NCBI GenBank assembly: GCA_044347345.1
Contig: JBIKUX010000011.1
Span: forward strand, 26,502 to 90,501
Reading direction: 5' to 3'
DNA from: Bdellovibrionota bacterium
GTDB lineage: Bacteria > Bdellovibrionota_C > UBA2361 > JBIKUX01
DNA: 64,000 bases
The notes under the pieces were generated by a model that did not search any database, was not told the DNA's origin, and was given only the letters and a program-made list of their open reading frames with translations. A program made the position numbers and the translations under genes. Positions 62,658 through 64,000 of the stretch are shown in pieces (position 1 is the first letter of the stretch; each line of letters starts with the position of its first letter).

Positions 62658-62768
62658 TTTTCAGAAAGCATTACTCTTTTGAGGTTAGGTGCGCTCGAGA
62701 GATTGTTCTTGATCAATCATAAAACTGGTAACAAAGTTATCAGAAGAAATATCATTTTGTGGTCTTTC

Positions 62769-62880
62769 TTCTGGTGGCTTTAGCGTAGAGGTTCCACCCG
62801 TTCCCATCCCGAACACGGTCGTTAAGCTCTACAGCGCCAATGATACTGGGATCTCCCGGGAAAGTAGGTCGTTGCCAGAT
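62769..62880 (+). rRNA. rrf: 5S rRNA
   Basis: CTGGTGGC...CCCGTTCCCATCCCGAACAC...GAAAGTAGGTCGTTGCCAG. Confidence 0.95.
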
Positions 62881-62884
62881 TTTT

Positions 62885-62919
62885 GCCCCAAGTATCTACA
62901 AGTTACTTGGGGCTTTTTT
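62885..62919 (+). terminator. rrn terminator, likely shared with the convergent rnhB
   Basis: GCCCCAAGTA...TACTTGGGGC stem followed by a T-run. Confidence 0.85.
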
Positions 62920-63538
62920 ATTTTACGCCATTGAAGGTTTTGCGGTGTATAGGTGTAGCAGGATAAGCTAATAATTTAGTACGGTGAAGAGCCGTTCCGT
63001 AGCCAAAGTGTTTATCGAATTTAAAGATAGGGTACTTTTCTGCGCAAAGTACCATGATTTTGTCACGAGTAACTTTTGCAAGTATCGAGGCTGCTGCAAT
63101 CTCCTCGTGAAGATTATCTCCGTTAATAACTGGTATTTCATCTACGTTATATAATCCAGCATTTGCTCCGTAAGGACCGTCTATTAAGTAGGTTTTTGGT
63201 GACCTAGCTTCAGTAAAAAACGAATGTAATTGACGCATAGCTGAGGCCATCGTCTGTAATGTTGCCCGTAATATGTTTACTTGCTCAATTCGTCTTGGAC
63301 CACACATGCGGATAGTCCATGCTAGTGCATTATGTATAATTAAGTCATAAAGTTCTGAACGTAATTTAGCTGATAGCTTTTTTGAGTCCTTTATACGTAT
63401 ATCTGTGAATGATGGTTTTAGTAATACGCAGGCTACGACTACTGGTCCTGCTAAAGAACCTCGACCAGCTTCATCTACACCTACAGGTCGATCTATACCT
63501 AAGTAGTTACTAGGTAAACAGTTGCCAAAAAAATTCAT
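62918..63538 (-). CDS. rnhB: Ribonuclease HII
   Basis: GVDEAGRGSLAGPVV, DSKKL, IDG, IAAASILAKVTRD, GYGT, HRKTF. Confidence 0.96.
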   Translation of the reverse strand: MNFFGNCLPSNYLGIDRPVGVDEAGRGSLAGPVVVACVLLKPSFTDIRIKDSKKLSAKLRSELYDLIIHNALAWTIRMCGPRRIEQVNILRATLQTMASAMRQLHSFFTEARSPKTYLIDGPYGANAGLYNVDEIPVINGDNLHEEIAAASILAKVTRDKIMVLCAEKYPIFKFDKHFGYGTALHRTKLLAYPATPIHRKTFNGVK

Positions 63539-63579
63539 AGAGCCTAATAAATCTGAAGCACTGTTACGTCACATTGATC

Positions 63580-63942
63580 TTAATGTGGCTTGTATCTGTT
63601 TAGTTTTGGGGCACTTTTAATACGTATTTGTTTACTAGGGCCAGCTATTTTTGCGCCAAAGACAGCTAAAACTGGATAAAGTAGTATTCTCACTATGGCT
63701 TTTACATGGTCTCCACCCTTGGGGTACAGAATATCTTCAAAAAACATAAAGTCAAATCCTTCAACAAGCACCAAATCGACTACGATGCAGGTTAAAGTGA
63801 TTGCTAGGGTGAATAAGCTCGCCTTAAATAGATTCTTACTTTCTTGTTTCCAGTGATTTTTGTGAATAGACTCTAAATAAGACCATAGAGTACATAAAAA
63901 CATGATTATAGGAATTAGGCACCACAGAATTCGTAGGAACAC
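63580..63942 (-). CDS. Hypothetical membrane protein (3 TM)
   Basis: Three hydrophobic segments; GGAGG RBS; upstream of rnhB on the same strand. Confidence 0.65.
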   Translation of the reverse strand: MFLRILWCLIPIIMFLCTLWSYLESIHKNHWKQESKNLFKASLFTLAITLTCIVVDLVLVEGFDFMFFEDILYPKGGDHVKAIVRILLYPVLAVFGAKIAGPSKQIRIKSAPKLNRYKPH

Positions 63943-64000
63943 ATGTCCTCCAAGAAAAGCAAGATGCTAATCTAAATTTAACTATTTAGGAGGCTGATTT

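Overview
A 64-kb, AT-rich, gene-dense chromosomal segment of a diderm (LPS-making) bacterium. Its 16S and gene content point to a deep-branching deltaproteobacteria-like or Bdellovibrionota-like lineage (inference only). From left to right it holds: a TPR lipoprotein running off the left end; pdxS-pdxT; a SAM methyltransferase; a sigma54 activator with a degenerate receiver; engB; and a cytochrome c maturation operon ccmE-F-(I-like)-A-B-C-D of the Cys-CcmE (System I*) type, whose ccmD is missing from the ORF track. Next come an AT-rich imuA-imuB-dnaE2 mutagenesis cassette, a small winged-helix-like ORF, a TadG/vWA-like protein, lpxL, a Cu-ATPase, kdsD, an orphan short flagellin and a four-gene minor-pilin operon. 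These are followed by an RsmF-like methyltransferase, yjbQ, hisS, a GH3 protein, ddl, an RRM protein, ppc, a PqaA/hydrolase/C45 cluster, TolC, glk, GT4 plus GH57 glycogen genes, a PmtA-like methyltransferase, pgi, a complete 16S-23S-5S operon without spacer tRNAs, and rnhB. Three GT-C-type membrane glycosyltransferases are dispersed through the window. No CRISPR array, prophage, transposase or tRNA was seen, and no single large novel system is evident. The best leads are: about 10 unrelated 13-18 bp tandem duplications, a probable leaderless pilin, a lexA-less mutasome with a winged-helix-like neighbour, a candidate sigma28-driven sRNA, a CsrA-type flagellin leader, and an exported-hydrolase triad.
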